This document shows positions 29,433-38,712 of a DNA stretch of 64,000 nucleotides, in pieces. The notes under the pieces were generated by a model that saw nothing but the letters and a program-made list of their open reading frames with translations, did not search any database and was not told where the DNA came from. Source of the stretch: Armatimonadota bacterium (GTDB lineage Bacteria > Armatimonadota > Fimbriimonadia > Fimbriimonadales > GBS-DC). The DNA lies in the NCBI GenBank assembly GCA_037445735.1, contig JBBIJY010000006.1, positions 1 to 64,000 of the forward strand, given 5' to 3'. Made by a program: the position numbers and the translations under genes. The first letter of the stretch is position 1. Every line of letters begins with the position of its first letter.

Positions 29433-29714
29433 TCAATCATTATCACGGTCAGAATCAGCAATGATAGGTTGTATCATACGCCATCCCCACCAGCCACCTA
29501 ACGCTCCCCCTATCCCTCCACCAAACGCTGCTATCCACATTTTATCTCTTATTACCTCCCTCAATGCCTGTTGAAAACTTATTTGACCCAGCCACATGCG
29601 GGCTACGGCAATCCCAAGCAAGCTACCCAGGATACCTCCAATACAGCCTGCCACCAGAAGAAAAACCTCAAATCTGCTCACTGGTCGCCCAAAAACCTTT
29701 TTCACCGCTTTCAC
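29433..29714 (-). CDS. Small two-TM protein, possible orphan immunity protein
   Basis: Gly-rich hydrophobic helices; AT-richer than flanks; GAGGTG SD near GTG; start uncertain. Confidence 0.5.
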   Translation of the reverse strand: MKAVKKVFGRPVSRFEVFLLVAGCIGGILGSLLGIAVARMWLGQISFQQALREVIRDKMWIAAFGGGIGGALGGWWGWRMIQPIIADSDRDND

Positions 29715-29787
29715 CTCACCTCTGCGGCAATAAATATATTTTATACAAAGGTTATATCCCACCCGCTTTGTATACCCATAAAAGTAT

Positions 29788-30051
29788 TCACATAACTATT
29801 GCAAATACAGTCCCGATAAGAAGAAACGAGAAACCAATCTCACCGATAAAGTCGTGCTTGCTCCAAAGAGTTGCAATCGTGATCAGTGCAAATCCTGCAA
29901 GCCATAATGCGGTAGATAGAAAGCCCACCATAAAAATGGGACGCGCCCGAACCGCTACTCTTTTGCTCTTTATGAGGTAATAAAAAGTTAACATCATTGT
30001 CAGGCTTCCCACTCCAGCAATCAGCGCACCTATTAGCTTGCTATTTGGCAT
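29788..30051 (-). CDS. Small three-TM protein, possible orphan immunity protein
   Basis: 87 aa, three hydrophobic segments, AT-rich, directly behind the Rhs fragment. Confidence 0.5.
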   Translation of the reverse strand: MPNSKLIGALIAGVGSLTMMLTFYYLIKSKRVAVRARPIFMVGFLSTALWLAGFALITIATLWSKHDFIGEIGFSFLLIGTVFAIVM

Positions 30052-30584
30052 GGCTTTCCCTCAGCAGGCGTAGTCATATCATAAGTCCCTTGCGTGCTAC
30101 CCACCAAATCGCCAGATACATCCAACACAGGCGCAGGCGAATATGCACCACTGGCACCCGACTTTGCCATCAGGTCCCCACGCCAGCTCCAGTGTTTATA
30201 CTCCATCCCTGTGCTGGATGTCTGGGCGTACATCGCACCACCGTAGCCGTAGTATACCCAGTTGCCGTTAGTGCGCTCGGCAACAAGCGTATCCCCTGAA
30301 TAGAGATACGCCACCTCCAGCGTGCCACGCACCGAACGCACCCGACGACCTAAACCATCATATTCATACACCCAACCCACAGCTTCGCCCTGCTTCTGTA
30401 AACTCACCAGGTTCCCCTCCGCATCATAACCCAGCAACCAGGTCTCCCCGTTCGCCCGACGAACCACCCCATTCCCATCTAAATCATACTCCCAGCGCTG
30501 ACCGTTCCACGACACCAGCTGGTTCGCCTCGTTATACACCAGCGCATCCGTGAAGCTTTGATTACCCACCGCCTTCGTGCGCAT
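30033..30584 (-). pseudogene. Rhs/YD-repeat protein fragment
   Basis: YNEANQL, YDLDGN, YDAEGNL, YEYDGLGRR, YLYSGD; stops before the Rhs core/DPxG motif. Confidence 0.75.
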
Positions 30585-30603
30585 CAACGGCTCTTCACTC
30601 TGA

Positions 30604-31527
30604 CTAATAGGGATTGCCCAGCAGAAACAAGAGCGTTTCACTAATCAGTGCAACCGCTTCGGGTAAACATGCTTTCTGCTGGGTCAGTAGCCAGCGACGC
30701 AGCTCTTCACCTCTTTGACGGGCAGAACCACTGTCACCCGAACGAACTTGCTGCATCAGCTGCTGCAAACGGTTTGCCACCTCTCGCCCTACACGCTGTT
30801 CTACCCAGCCTTCTGTCAGAACAGTTTGCCAGTCCTGAATTAGCTGCTCTATAGTCGGCTTTGGCACTGGCACAACGGTGATCCCGCGTGCCTCATCCTG
30901 ACCTGGGCGTGGAATCAAATTCTGCAGAACCCCTGGCAACTCCTCAGGCACCCGCATCAGGGGGGATTCGCCCCGCGCATAACATGGGCCAATACCAGGA
31001 GGCAGTTGCGAAAGAAATTCTACCTGACAGTGTTGCGACGGTTGGAGGGATGGCTCAAATCTAAATTCTACCATCGGACGGCGATATTTAGGGTAGGTGC
31101 CCATCGTGATTGACACCCGCCCGCGCGGTACTTGAACGCCTCGAACGGCTTGCACAGGCGCATCGACCAGCAGAGTAAACATCCATAGCGATTGTGGGCT
31201 ATTCGGCAACACCTGCACCGTATATCGGTAGAGAAAAAGATCCTGTCGTGTGCGCTGCACCGTTGCTGCCACTATCACGCGCACGCGCCAGGGGGGTGTG
31301 TAAACCGCCTGTTTGAGGCGTCCATCTGCTCCTTGCCAGCGGAAGATATAGGTAACCGACTTCGAGTCATAGCGGATGTCGCCGGCTTCCCCTTCGGCCT
31401 GCACACGCCCAATCGGGATCGGTTTCTGAGGTGGCTGGAGCGGTTTGCGCCTTATGCCACTCGGGTGCCCTATCTGGTCAGAAGGTAACATGCCAGTGAT
31501 TTCCCTCGTCAAAAATGTTCCCACCAT
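30604..31527 (-). CDS. Hypothetical protein in Rhs cassette (start uncertain, no signal peptide)
   Basis: 307-aa ORF; LYRYTVQVLPNSPQSLWMF; helical C-terminus; 5' end overlaps a peptidase remnant. Confidence 0.5.
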   Translation of the reverse strand: MVGTFLTREITGMLPSDQIGHPSGIRRKPLQPPQKPIPIGRVQAEGEAGDIRYDSKSVTYIFRWQGADGRLKQAVYTPPWRVRVIVAATVQRTRQDLFLYRYTVQVLPNSPQSLWMFTLLVDAPVQAVRGVQVPRGRVSITMGTYPKYRRPMVEFRFEPSLQPSQHCQVEFLSQLPPGIGPCYARGESPLMRVPEELPGVLQNLIPRPGQDEARGITVVPVPKPTIEQLIQDWQTVLTEGWVEQRVGREVANRLQQLMQQVRSGDSGSARQRGEELRRWLLTQQKACLPEAVALISETLLFLLGNPY

Positions 31528-31627
31528 ACCGCTGGATGACGCTTCTCAATTCTCTCTGGGCTTGGCTATTCAGGTTATCAGCGTTGCTGATGTCTACATT
31601 TCTACCCGTACGATGGGTAGCGAGGGT
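31478..31627 (-). pseudogene. C-terminal remnant of LAS-type (M15/MepA-like) Zn peptidase
   Basis: Manual translation, not in ORF track: TLATHRTGRNVDISNAD...GGNIFDEGNHWHVTF*, giving H-x6-D and HxH; no start codon. Confidence 0.55.
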
Positions 31628-31806
31628 TTATATTGGATACTGCAAGAGTGAACATTCCAAGTATGCAAAGCGGGCATAGCCAGCCATGGAAAAATGGAAA
31701 ACCTTTAGAGGTGAGCCGACTGCTAATCATCGCCTTGCCAACTGTGCCCTGCGCCCAGGTTCGGCGCACCTTCGCCACACTCCAACCCTGTTTCTTCATC
31801 ACCATT
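31602..31806 (-). pseudogene. N-terminal fragment of an exported protein
   Basis: GGAGG SD; basic N-terminus followed by hydrophobic LCPLCILGMFTLAV; ends abruptly. Confidence 0.35.
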
Positions 31807-31853
31807 TCCCTCCATCTGATGGCAGCTTGCCCGATTGCCAGCGTACCGCAAAT

Positions 31854-31883
31854 ATTATAGCCCATTCGGAGGGCATTTGTCAA
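31854..31883 (-). promoter_or_regulatory. Sigma70-type promoter reading into the Rhs cassette
   Basis: Minus strand TTGACA, 18 nt, TATAAT. Confidence 0.65.
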
Positions 31884-32299
31884 GAGGGTGCTGTGGGGAG
31901 GGATTTGAGTTCAAAAGGGGGTTTGGAGTTTCCGAAGGCGCAAAAACAGGTAGATGGCTCGCCTTTTGGCTGACTGCCACCTGATACTGTCTCTTGTATC
32001 AGGAAAGCCCTTGACACCCCTCGCGCCGCATTGCACGCGGGTTGACTGCCCGCTCTCATTTGTTGCGCCACTCGCGCTCAAAATTCATCGGGCAAGCGAG
32101 GGCGGTGTCCGCTGAATGCCCTTTGCCTCTCTGCTCACCTCCTGTGTGGGGATAGGTTCGGCAGGCAGGGGCGGATTCCTGCTGGTTTCACTGGCTGGTG
32201 CCACAGAGAGCAGGCAGTGCTGGATGGTCTCGAAGGGTGTTGGGAAGCCGGTCCTGTTCATCAGCGCAACGACTCTGTTTGAGGTACAATTCCCATGCT

Positions 32300-33523
32300 A
32301 TGATCGAGACTCGGCTGAGCAATGAGCGGCAGGCGCGGGCGTGGGCGCTCGATCAGAGCCGCGTGATGCAGACCTATCGCCGCCAGCCCGTGCTGTTCGT
32401 GCGCGGGCAGGGCGCATATCTCTATGACCCCGACGGCAACGCCTATCTGGACTTTCTGGCGGGCGTCGCCGTGTGCAATGTGGGGCACTGCCATCCGCGT
32501 CTGGTCGCCCGCATCCAGCAGCAGGTCAGCGAGCTGATGCATATCGGCAACCTGCTATTGAGCGAGCCGCAGGCGCTGCTGGCAGACCGCCTGTGCCAGC
32601 TGACGGGCATGGAGCGCGCCTTCTTCTGCAACTGCGGCGCGGAAGCGTGCGAGACCGCCATCAAAATCGCCCGCAAGTTCGCCAACACGCACAAAGGCAT
32701 CCGCGACTACGAGATTCTGGTGCTGGAAAAGAGCTTTCACGGGCGCACGATGGGAGCGGTGTCGGCGACGATGCAGCCGAAGTATCAGGAGCCGTTCGTG
32801 CCGCTGCTTCCTGGCTTTCGCGCCCTGCCACGCAACGACATCGACGCCCTGCGAGCCGCCTTCAGCGAGCGCACCGCTGCCATCCTGCTCGAACCCATTC
32901 AGGGCGAAAGCGGCGTGAACCCGCTCACCGACGAGTATCTGCTCGAGGCGCAGGCGCTCTGCCGACGCTATAACGCCCTGCTGATGATCGACGAGGTACA
33001 GACGGGCATGGGGCGCACGGGCAAATGGTTCGCCTATCAGTATCTGGACCTTCAGCCCGATGTGGTGATGCTGGCGAAGGGGCTGGGCGGCGGATTCCCG
33101 ATTGGCGCATGCCTGGCACGCGGCGTCGCCGCCGAGCTTCTGCAGGTCGGCGATCACGGCGCCACCTTCGGCGGCAATCCGCTCGCATGCTCCGCCGCGC
33201 TCGCCACCATCGAAATCATCGAGACTGAGGGGCTGTGCGAGCGAGCGTCTCGTGTGGGCAACTACCTGCAGGCACGCCTGCGCGAGCTGCAGGCGCAGGG
33301 CGCACCCATCGCCGAAGTGCGCGGACGCGGACTGATGATCGGCGTCGAACTGACCGAGCCGATTGCCCGTACTATCGTGGACAAAGCCTTCGAAAAACGG
33401 CTCATCATCAACCCGGTGGGCGACCGCATCCTGCGCCTCGTGCCCCCGCTGATTATCGAAGAGCGCGAAGTGGACACCGCCATCGGCGTCCTTCAGCAGG
33501 TGTTTCAGGAGGTGGAAGCGTGA
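32300..33523 (+). CDS. argD: Acetylornithine aminotransferase
   Basis: YLDFLAGVAV..GHCHP, SFHGRT, EPIQGESG, DEVQTGMGRTG, LAKGLGGGFPIG, HGATFGGNP. Confidence 0.92.
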   Translation: MIETRLSNERQARAWALDQSRVMQTYRRQPVLFVRGQGAYLYDPDGNAYLDFLAGVAVCNVGHCHPRLVARIQQQVSELMHIGNLLLSEPQALLADRLCQLTGMERAFFCNCGAEACETAIKIARKFANTHKGIRDYEILVLEKSFHGRTMGAVSATMQPKYQEPFVPLLPGFRALPRNDIDALRAAFSERTAAILLEPIQGESGVNPLTDEYLLEAQALCRRYNALLMIDEVQTGMGRTGKWFAYQYLDLQPDVVMLAKGLGGGFPIGACLARGVAAELLQVGDHGATFGGNPLACSAALATIEIIETEGLCERASRVGNYLQARLRELQAQGAPIAEVRGRGLMIGVELTEPIARTIVDKAFEKRLIINPVGDRILRLVPPLIIEEREVDTAIGVLQQVFQEVEA

Positions 33524-33837
33524 ACGCGATTCAGGTAGCGATCCTGCTTTACGCGCTCATCATCATCGCGGGCGGCGTGATGGGCTATGTGAGCGCGAAA
33601 AGCACCCCATCGCTCATCAGCGGGTTGGTCAGCGGCGCGGTGCTGATTGTCGCCCTCGCGCTGTCGATTCGCCAGCCCAAAATCGGGTTCGGGCTGGCGG
33701 CGCTGGTCGCCCTGGCGCTCGGCATCTTCTTCCTGATGCGGTTCCTCCACACGGGCAAATGGATGCCCGCAGGCATCAGCGTGATTCTGAGCGCCGTCAT
33801 GCTGGCGCTGCTGCTGTGGAGCCTGCTGCGACGGTGA
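33520..33837 (+). CDS. TMEM14 family small membrane protein
   Basis: GGVMGYVSAKSTPSLISG...RF..TGKWMPAG; GTG overlaps argD stop. Confidence 0.8.
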   Translation: MNAIQVAILLYALIIIAGGVMGYVSAKSTPSLISGLVSGAVLIVALALSIRQPKIGFGLAALVALALGIFFLMRFLHTGKWMPAGISVILSAVMLALLLWSLLRR

Positions 33838-33846
33838 GGTGAACGC

Positions 33847-34593
33847 ATGGCGCAGGACAGGATTGTGATTCGGGGCGCACGCGAACACAACCTCAAGAAC
33901 CTGCATCTGACCATCCCGCGCGATCAGCTGGTGGTCATCACGGGCATCTCAGGTTCAGGCAAGTCGACGCTGGCGTTCGACACGCTCTATGCAGAGGGTC
34001 AGCGCCGATATGTGGAGAGCCTCTCGTCCTATGCCCGCCAGTTTCTCGGCGTGATGGACAAGCCCGATGTCGATTCCATCGAGGGGCTATCGCCAGCGGT
34101 GTCGATCGATCAGAAATCGGCGAGCCACAACCCGCGCAGCACGGTGGGCACGGTAACGGAGATTTACGACTATTTGCGCCTGCTGTTCGCCCGCGTCGGA
34201 CGCCCGCACTGCCCGCAGTGTGGCAAGCCCATCACGCGCCAGACGGTGGACAGCATCGTGGACACGGTGATGCGTCTGCCCGAAGGCACGCGCATTCAGG
34301 TGCTGGCGCCCGTCGTGCGCGGACGCAAGGGCGAATACCGCCATGTGTTCGAAGAGATAGCCCGCATGGGCTTCGTGCGCGTGCGCGTGGACGGCACCCT
34401 GTACGAGGTGAACGAGGCGCCGCCGTTAGACCGCTACAAGCAGCACACCATCGAGATTGTGGTGGATCGGCTCGTCGTGCGAGCAGGCGTCGAGTCGCGC
34501 CTGACGGAAGCGGTGGAAACCGCCCTGCGCCTGGCAAAGGGGCTGGTCAACATCCAGATTGTCTCCCTGCCCGACCAGGCAGCCGTCGGCTGA
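33847..34593 (+). pseudogene. uvrA: UvrA N-terminal fragment (248 aa)
   Basis: [58 protein letters not shown]; stops about 700 aa short of a normal UvrA. Confidence 0.85.
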
Positions 34594-34679
34594 AACCTGC
34601 CACGCATGTCGCGCGGGCGTCAAAATCGGGTCGGTTTGGCGACAGTTTGGCGAGGGCGCACGGGGCTATACTTTGTGCT

Positions 34680-35684
34680 ATGGCAGGCGTGCGAGCAGTG
34701 AGGCAGGAGGAGGCGTTGCGCGAGCCGCGTGAGCGACGACTGCGCAACATTCGGCAACTGACCTTCGGCGGCGAGAACGCCGAAGCCTACTTCTCATTCG
34801 ACGGACGGAAGCTCATCTTTCAAAGCACGCGCCCACCCTTCAAAGCCGACCAGATATTCACGATGAACATCGACGGCACGGATGTGCGACTGGTCTCCAC
34901 AGGCAAGGGGCGCTGTACCTGCGGATTCTGGTCGCCCGACGGCAAAAAGATTCTCTACAGCTCCACCGACTGGATGGGCGACGAGCCGCCGCCACCGCCT
35001 GACCGCACGCACGGCTATGTGTGGGGACTGTTCCCCTATCGGCTCTATATCGCAAACGCCGACGGCAGCCAGCGCGAAGCCATCACCGACGACGACGCCT
35101 ACAACGCTGAAGGCTCGTTCCATCCCGACGGCACCCGCATCCTGTTCACCACCACGCGCTACGGCAACCTTGACCTGTGCGAGTATAACCTGCGCACGCG
35201 CCGGTTCACCCGCCTCACCGATGAGATTGGCTACAACGGCGGCGCGTTCTACTCGTGGGACGGCAAATATATCGTCTATCGCGCTTATCATCCCCGGACA
35301 AAGGAGGAGATTGAGGAGTTTCAGCGGTTGCTGAAGCTGCGTCTCGTGCGCCCCAGCAAGCTGGAGCTGTGGGTGATGACCGCGGACGGGAAACGCAGGT
35401 GGCAGGTGAGCCGTCTGGGCGGAGCGAACTTCGCGCCCTTTATGCGACCGGGCAATAAACAGATTATCTTCTCGTCCAACCATCACGACCCGCGCGGGCG
35501 CGAGTTCGACCTCTTTCTGATTAATCTCGACGGCACGGGGCTGGAGCGCATCACCTACACGCCCCAGTTCGACGGCTTCCCGATGTTCTCGCGCGACGGC
35601 AAAAAGCTGGTGTGGGCGTCGAACCGCAACGCAAAGACGCCCGGCGAGACGAACATCTTTATTGCCGATTTCGTGGAGCCGTAG
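34680..35684 (+). CDS. TolB-like PD40 repeat protein
   Basis: GENAEAYFSFDG, WSPDGKKI, FHPDG, FDGFPMFSRDGKKLVWASNRN. Confidence 0.85.
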   Translation: MAGVRAVRQEEALREPRERRLRNIRQLTFGGENAEAYFSFDGRKLIFQSTRPPFKADQIFTMNIDGTDVRLVSTGKGRCTCGFWSPDGKKILYSSTDWMGDEPPPPPDRTHGYVWGLFPYRLYIANADGSQREAITDDDAYNAEGSFHPDGTRILFTTTRYGNLDLCEYNLRTRRFTRLTDEIGYNGGAFYSWDGKYIVYRAYHPRTKEEIEEFQRLLKLRLVRPSKLELWVMTADGKRRWQVSRLGGANFAPFMRPGNKQIIFSSNHHDPRGREFDLFLINLDGTGLERITYTPQFDGFPMFSRDGKKLVWASNRNAKTPGETNIFIADFVEP

Positions 35685-35969
35685 TCAGGCGGGCAGCAGC
35701 GCGTCGATCTGCTGGGCGAGCTGGAAATCTTTCTCGGTCAGCCCGCCCGCCGAGTGCGTGCTGAGCCGGAGCGTCACCTGCCGATAGCGAATCTCGATAT
35801 CGGGATGGTGGTCCATGCGCTCGGCGAGCAGCCCGACCTGCACTACAAACGCGAGCGCCTCCCGAAAGTTTTTGAAGCGGATGGTGCGCTCGATCTCGTT
35901 GCCGACGCGCTGCCAGTTCGGCACACGCTGCAGCCACTGACCCACTTCCGATTCGGGAATGCGTTCCAT
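35685..35969 (-). CDS. phhB: Pterin-4-alpha-carbinolamine dehydratase
   Basis: FKNF..A..FV..V..LAERMDHHPDI...LSTHSAGGLTEKDF. Confidence 0.92.
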   Translation of the reverse strand: MERIPESEVGQWLQRVPNWQRVGNEIERTIRFKNFREALAFVVQVGLLAERMDHHPDIEIRYRQVTLRLSTHSAGGLTEKDFQLAQQIDALLPA

Positions 35970-35970
35970 C

Positions 35971-37350
35971 TTATGACCCCTTCTTCGCCTGTTCGAGCTG
36001 CACGATGGTGCCCATCAGTGTCTTTTCCGCGCTGCCTGTGTCCTGTCCCTGCAGGGCACGGATTGCCTGCGTGATTTCCTGCGCTTCCTGCAGGCGTCCC
36101 TGCTGCATCAGCAGGGCGCGGGTGCGCTCCAGCTCCTGCAGCGCCTGCGCCTGCGAGAGCTGTTGCGTGCGCATGCCCATAATGGTCTTCTCCAGCGCGC
36201 GGGAGGTCACGGCAACCTGCAGCTCGTTCGCCACGCGCGGGTCCTGCGGCACATTCGCACGAGCGGGATCGGTCACGAACTCCAGCACCACCTCGTCGGT
36301 GAGCGTCTCGGTGCGCCCGGTGAGGTTGTCGTCATAGGTGAGCTTGAGGCGGGCGATGCGGTAGACCCCTGCAGGGTGATTGGGGAACTCCAGTTCCAGC
36401 ACGGGCGTGAGCTGGCTGCCGCGCTCCACATCCACCAGCGTCAGCTCGGCTGTGCGCCCGCGCAGATGCAGTTCGCCCCCGAACGCCTGCCGCACCTGCA
36501 CCCAGCGCGCCAGCTGAACCTCCAGCTTGAGATTGCGGGCGACCACCGTCATCAGCCGCTGCAGCTCCTGCTGGAAGATTTCAGGGATGCGCTCCGGGCG
36601 GTCAATATAGTAATATTTGCCGCCACTGCGCCGCGCGATGCCCGCCAGCAGCTCCTCGTTGTAATCGGGACCGAAGCCGAGCGCGGTGATGTGGAACTGA
36701 TGCTCCTTCGCCCGCGCCGCCACGCCCACAATCGTGCTGAAATCTTTGATGCCGACCGTCGGCTCGCCATCGGTAAAAAGCATCAGATGGCTCTGATAGC
36801 CTGGCAGGTTCAGCGAAGTGAGCTGCTGAATGCCCAGCACCAGCCCGTCGTAGAGATTGGTCGTGTTGCCCGGCGTCAGGCGATTGATATGCTCCTTGAC
36901 CAGTTGCTTGTTCACGATTTTGCGGGGCGGCATCAGCACCTCGACGGTCTCCTCAAAGGTCACGATGGACAGTACATCCTGGTCGCTGAGCAGATCGACC
37001 ACATAGCTGCAGGCGCGTTTGACATATTCTAACGGCGTGCCTTCCATCGAGCCGCTGCGGTCGATCACGAGGCAGAGGTTGAGCGGTGCGCGGGCGGTGG
37101 CGGTGGGTGCGCCCGTGATTTCGAGCAGCAGTCCCTCACGGGCGATGCTGTTCGCCAGCGCGACAGGTCGCCCCAGCACGGTGGTCATCGTCAGGGCGCG
37201 GCTTGGCGGTGCGCCCAGTCCAGGCACTGCCTGCGTGCGGTTCGGGTCGGGCACGCCACTCATCGCCTGCGTGCGCAGCGGGTCCAGCGGTTGCCCCATC
37301 GCCTGCGTGCGCTCCGCATCAGGTTGCTCAAACGCCTGCGTCCGATCCAT
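35971..37350 (-). CDS. von Willebrand factor A domain protein (YfbK-like) with N-terminal RTQA repeats
   Basis: LNLCLVIDRSGSM (MIDAS), GNTTNL, FTDGEPTVG, LGFGPDYNEELL. Confidence 0.85.
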   Translation of the reverse strand: MDRTQAFEQPDAERTQAMGQPLDPLRTQAMSGVPDPNRTQAVPGLGAPPSRALTMTTVLGRPVALANSIAREGLLLEITGAPTATARAPLNLCLVIDRSGSMEGTPLEYVKRACSYVVDLLSDQDVLSIVTFEETVEVLMPPRKIVNKQLVKEHINRLTPGNTTNLYDGLVLGIQQLTSLNLPGYQSHLMLFTDGEPTVGIKDFSTIVGVAARAKEHQFHITALGFGPDYNEELLAGIARRSGGKYYYIDRPERIPEIFQQELQRLMTVVARNLKLEVQLARWVQVRQAFGGELHLRGRTAELTLVDVERGSQLTPVLELEFPNHPAGVYRIARLKLTYDDNLTGRTETLTDEVVLEFVTDPARANVPQDPRVANELQVAVTSRALEKTIMGMRTQQLSQAQALQELERTRALLMQQGRLQEAQEITQAIRALQGQDTGSAEKTLMGTIVQLEQAKKGS

Positions 37351-37401
37351 CCTCACTCACCTGCCATAAGTGTACCCGCTGGGTATACTTTCACCGTGAG
37401 T

Positions 37402-38709
37402 ATGGCGAAACAGGAGCGACGCCGATTCGGTTTTGAGACGCGCATGGTTCACGCAGGGCACATTCCCGACCCCTACACGGGTTCGCGTGCCGTGCCCATC
37501 TATCAGACCACCTCGTATGTGTTTGACGATCCCGACTACGCCGCGCAACTGTTCGAGCTGAAGCAGTACGGCAACATCTACACGCGCATCAACAACCCGA
37601 CGACCGCCGTGCTGGAGGAGCGGGTCGCCTCGCTGGAGGGCGGCACGGGCGCGGTGGCGACCGCCAGCGGCATGGCAGCCCAATATCTGACCTTTGCTAC
37701 CCTGCTGGAGCCAGGCGATGAGATTGTCTCCTCCTCGCATCTCTATGGCGGCACGATGACCCAGTTCGTGCATACCTTCCGAAAGCTGGGCATCAAGGTT
37801 CACTTTGTGGAGCCGCACGATTGGGACGGCTGGGAGCGAGCCATCACGCCGCGCACGCGCGCCCTCTACGGCGAAACCATTGGCAACCCGCGCGGCAGCA
37901 TTCTGGACATCGAACGGCTGGCGCAGCTGGCAAACGCGCACCGAATCCCACTGGTGGTGGACAACACCTTCGCCACACCCTATCTGTGCCGCCCGATCGA
38001 ATGGGGCGCGACAATCGTGGTGCATTCGGCAACCAAGTTTCTGGGCGGGCACGGCAACTCCATCGGCGGGATTGTGGTCGAATCGGGCACCTTCGATTAC
38101 AGCCACTTCCCGACCATCGCCGACCCCTCCCCTGCCTATCACAACCTGAAGTTTTATGAGACTTTCGGGCACTACGGCTTCTTGATGAAGCTGCGGGCGG
38201 AGGCGCTGCGCGATATTGGCGCCTGCATGTCGCCCTTTAATGCCTTCCTGATTTTGCAGGGTGTGGAGACGCTCTCGGTGCGAATGGAGCGCCATGTGCA
38301 GAACGCGCTGGGCGTGGCGCAGTTCCTGAAGGAGCATCCGCAGGTGGCGTGGGTCGCCTATGCCGGTCTGCCCGACCATCCCGATCACGCGCTGATGAAG
38401 AAGTACCTGCCGAAGGGTGCGGGCGCGGTGCTGTCGTTCGGCATCCAGGGCGGCTCGCTCGGCGCACGCGAGGCGGGCAAACGCTTCATCCAGCACCTGC
38501 AGCTCTTCTCCCATCTCGCCAATGTGGGCGATGTGCGCAGTCTGGTCATCCACCCCGCCTCCACCACCCACCAGCAGCTCTCCGATGAGGAGCTGCTGCA
38601 GGCAGGCATCACGCCCGACCTGATCCGACTCTCTATCGGACTGGAGACGCTGGACGACCTGCTGTGGGACCTGGACCAGGCGCTCTGCGCCGTCGCGAAG
38701 GAGGTGTGA
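37402..38709 (+). CDS. metY: O-acetylhomoserine aminocarboxypropyltransferase
   Basis: AVPIYQTTSY, GNIYTRINNPT, VDNTFATP, HSATKFLGGHG, HLANVGDVRSLVIHPASTTHQQL. Confidence 0.93.
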   Translation: MAKQERRRFGFETRMVHAGHIPDPYTGSRAVPIYQTTSYVFDDPDYAAQLFELKQYGNIYTRINNPTTAVLEERVASLEGGTGAVATASGMAAQYLTFATLLEPGDEIVSSSHLYGGTMTQFVHTFRKLGIKVHFVEPHDWDGWERAITPRTRALYGETIGNPRGSILDIERLAQLANAHRIPLVVDNTFATPYLCRPIEWGATIVVHSATKFLGGHGNSIGGIVVESGTFDYSHFPTIADPSPAYHNLKFYETFGHYGFLMKLRAEALRDIGACMSPFNAFLILQGVETLSVRMERHVQNALGVAQFLKEHPQVAWVAYAGLPDHPDHALMKKYLPKGAGAVLSFGIQGGSLGAREAGKRFIQHLQLFSHLANVGDVRSLVIHPASTTHQQLSDEELLQAGITPDLIRLSIGLETLDDLLWDLDQALCAVAKEV

Positions 38710-38712
38710 ACG

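Noticed and set aside
31890-32270. Riboswitch or ncRNA upstream of argD (hairpin CCTGATAC...GTATCAGG near 31981-32003)
   Set aside because: No recognisable aptamer consensus; a single hairpin is insufficient.
34560-34680. Split intein, selenocysteine readthrough or programmed frameshift in uvrA
   Set aside because: SLPDQAAVG is far too short for an N-intein, and no UvrA-like sequence follows in any frame.
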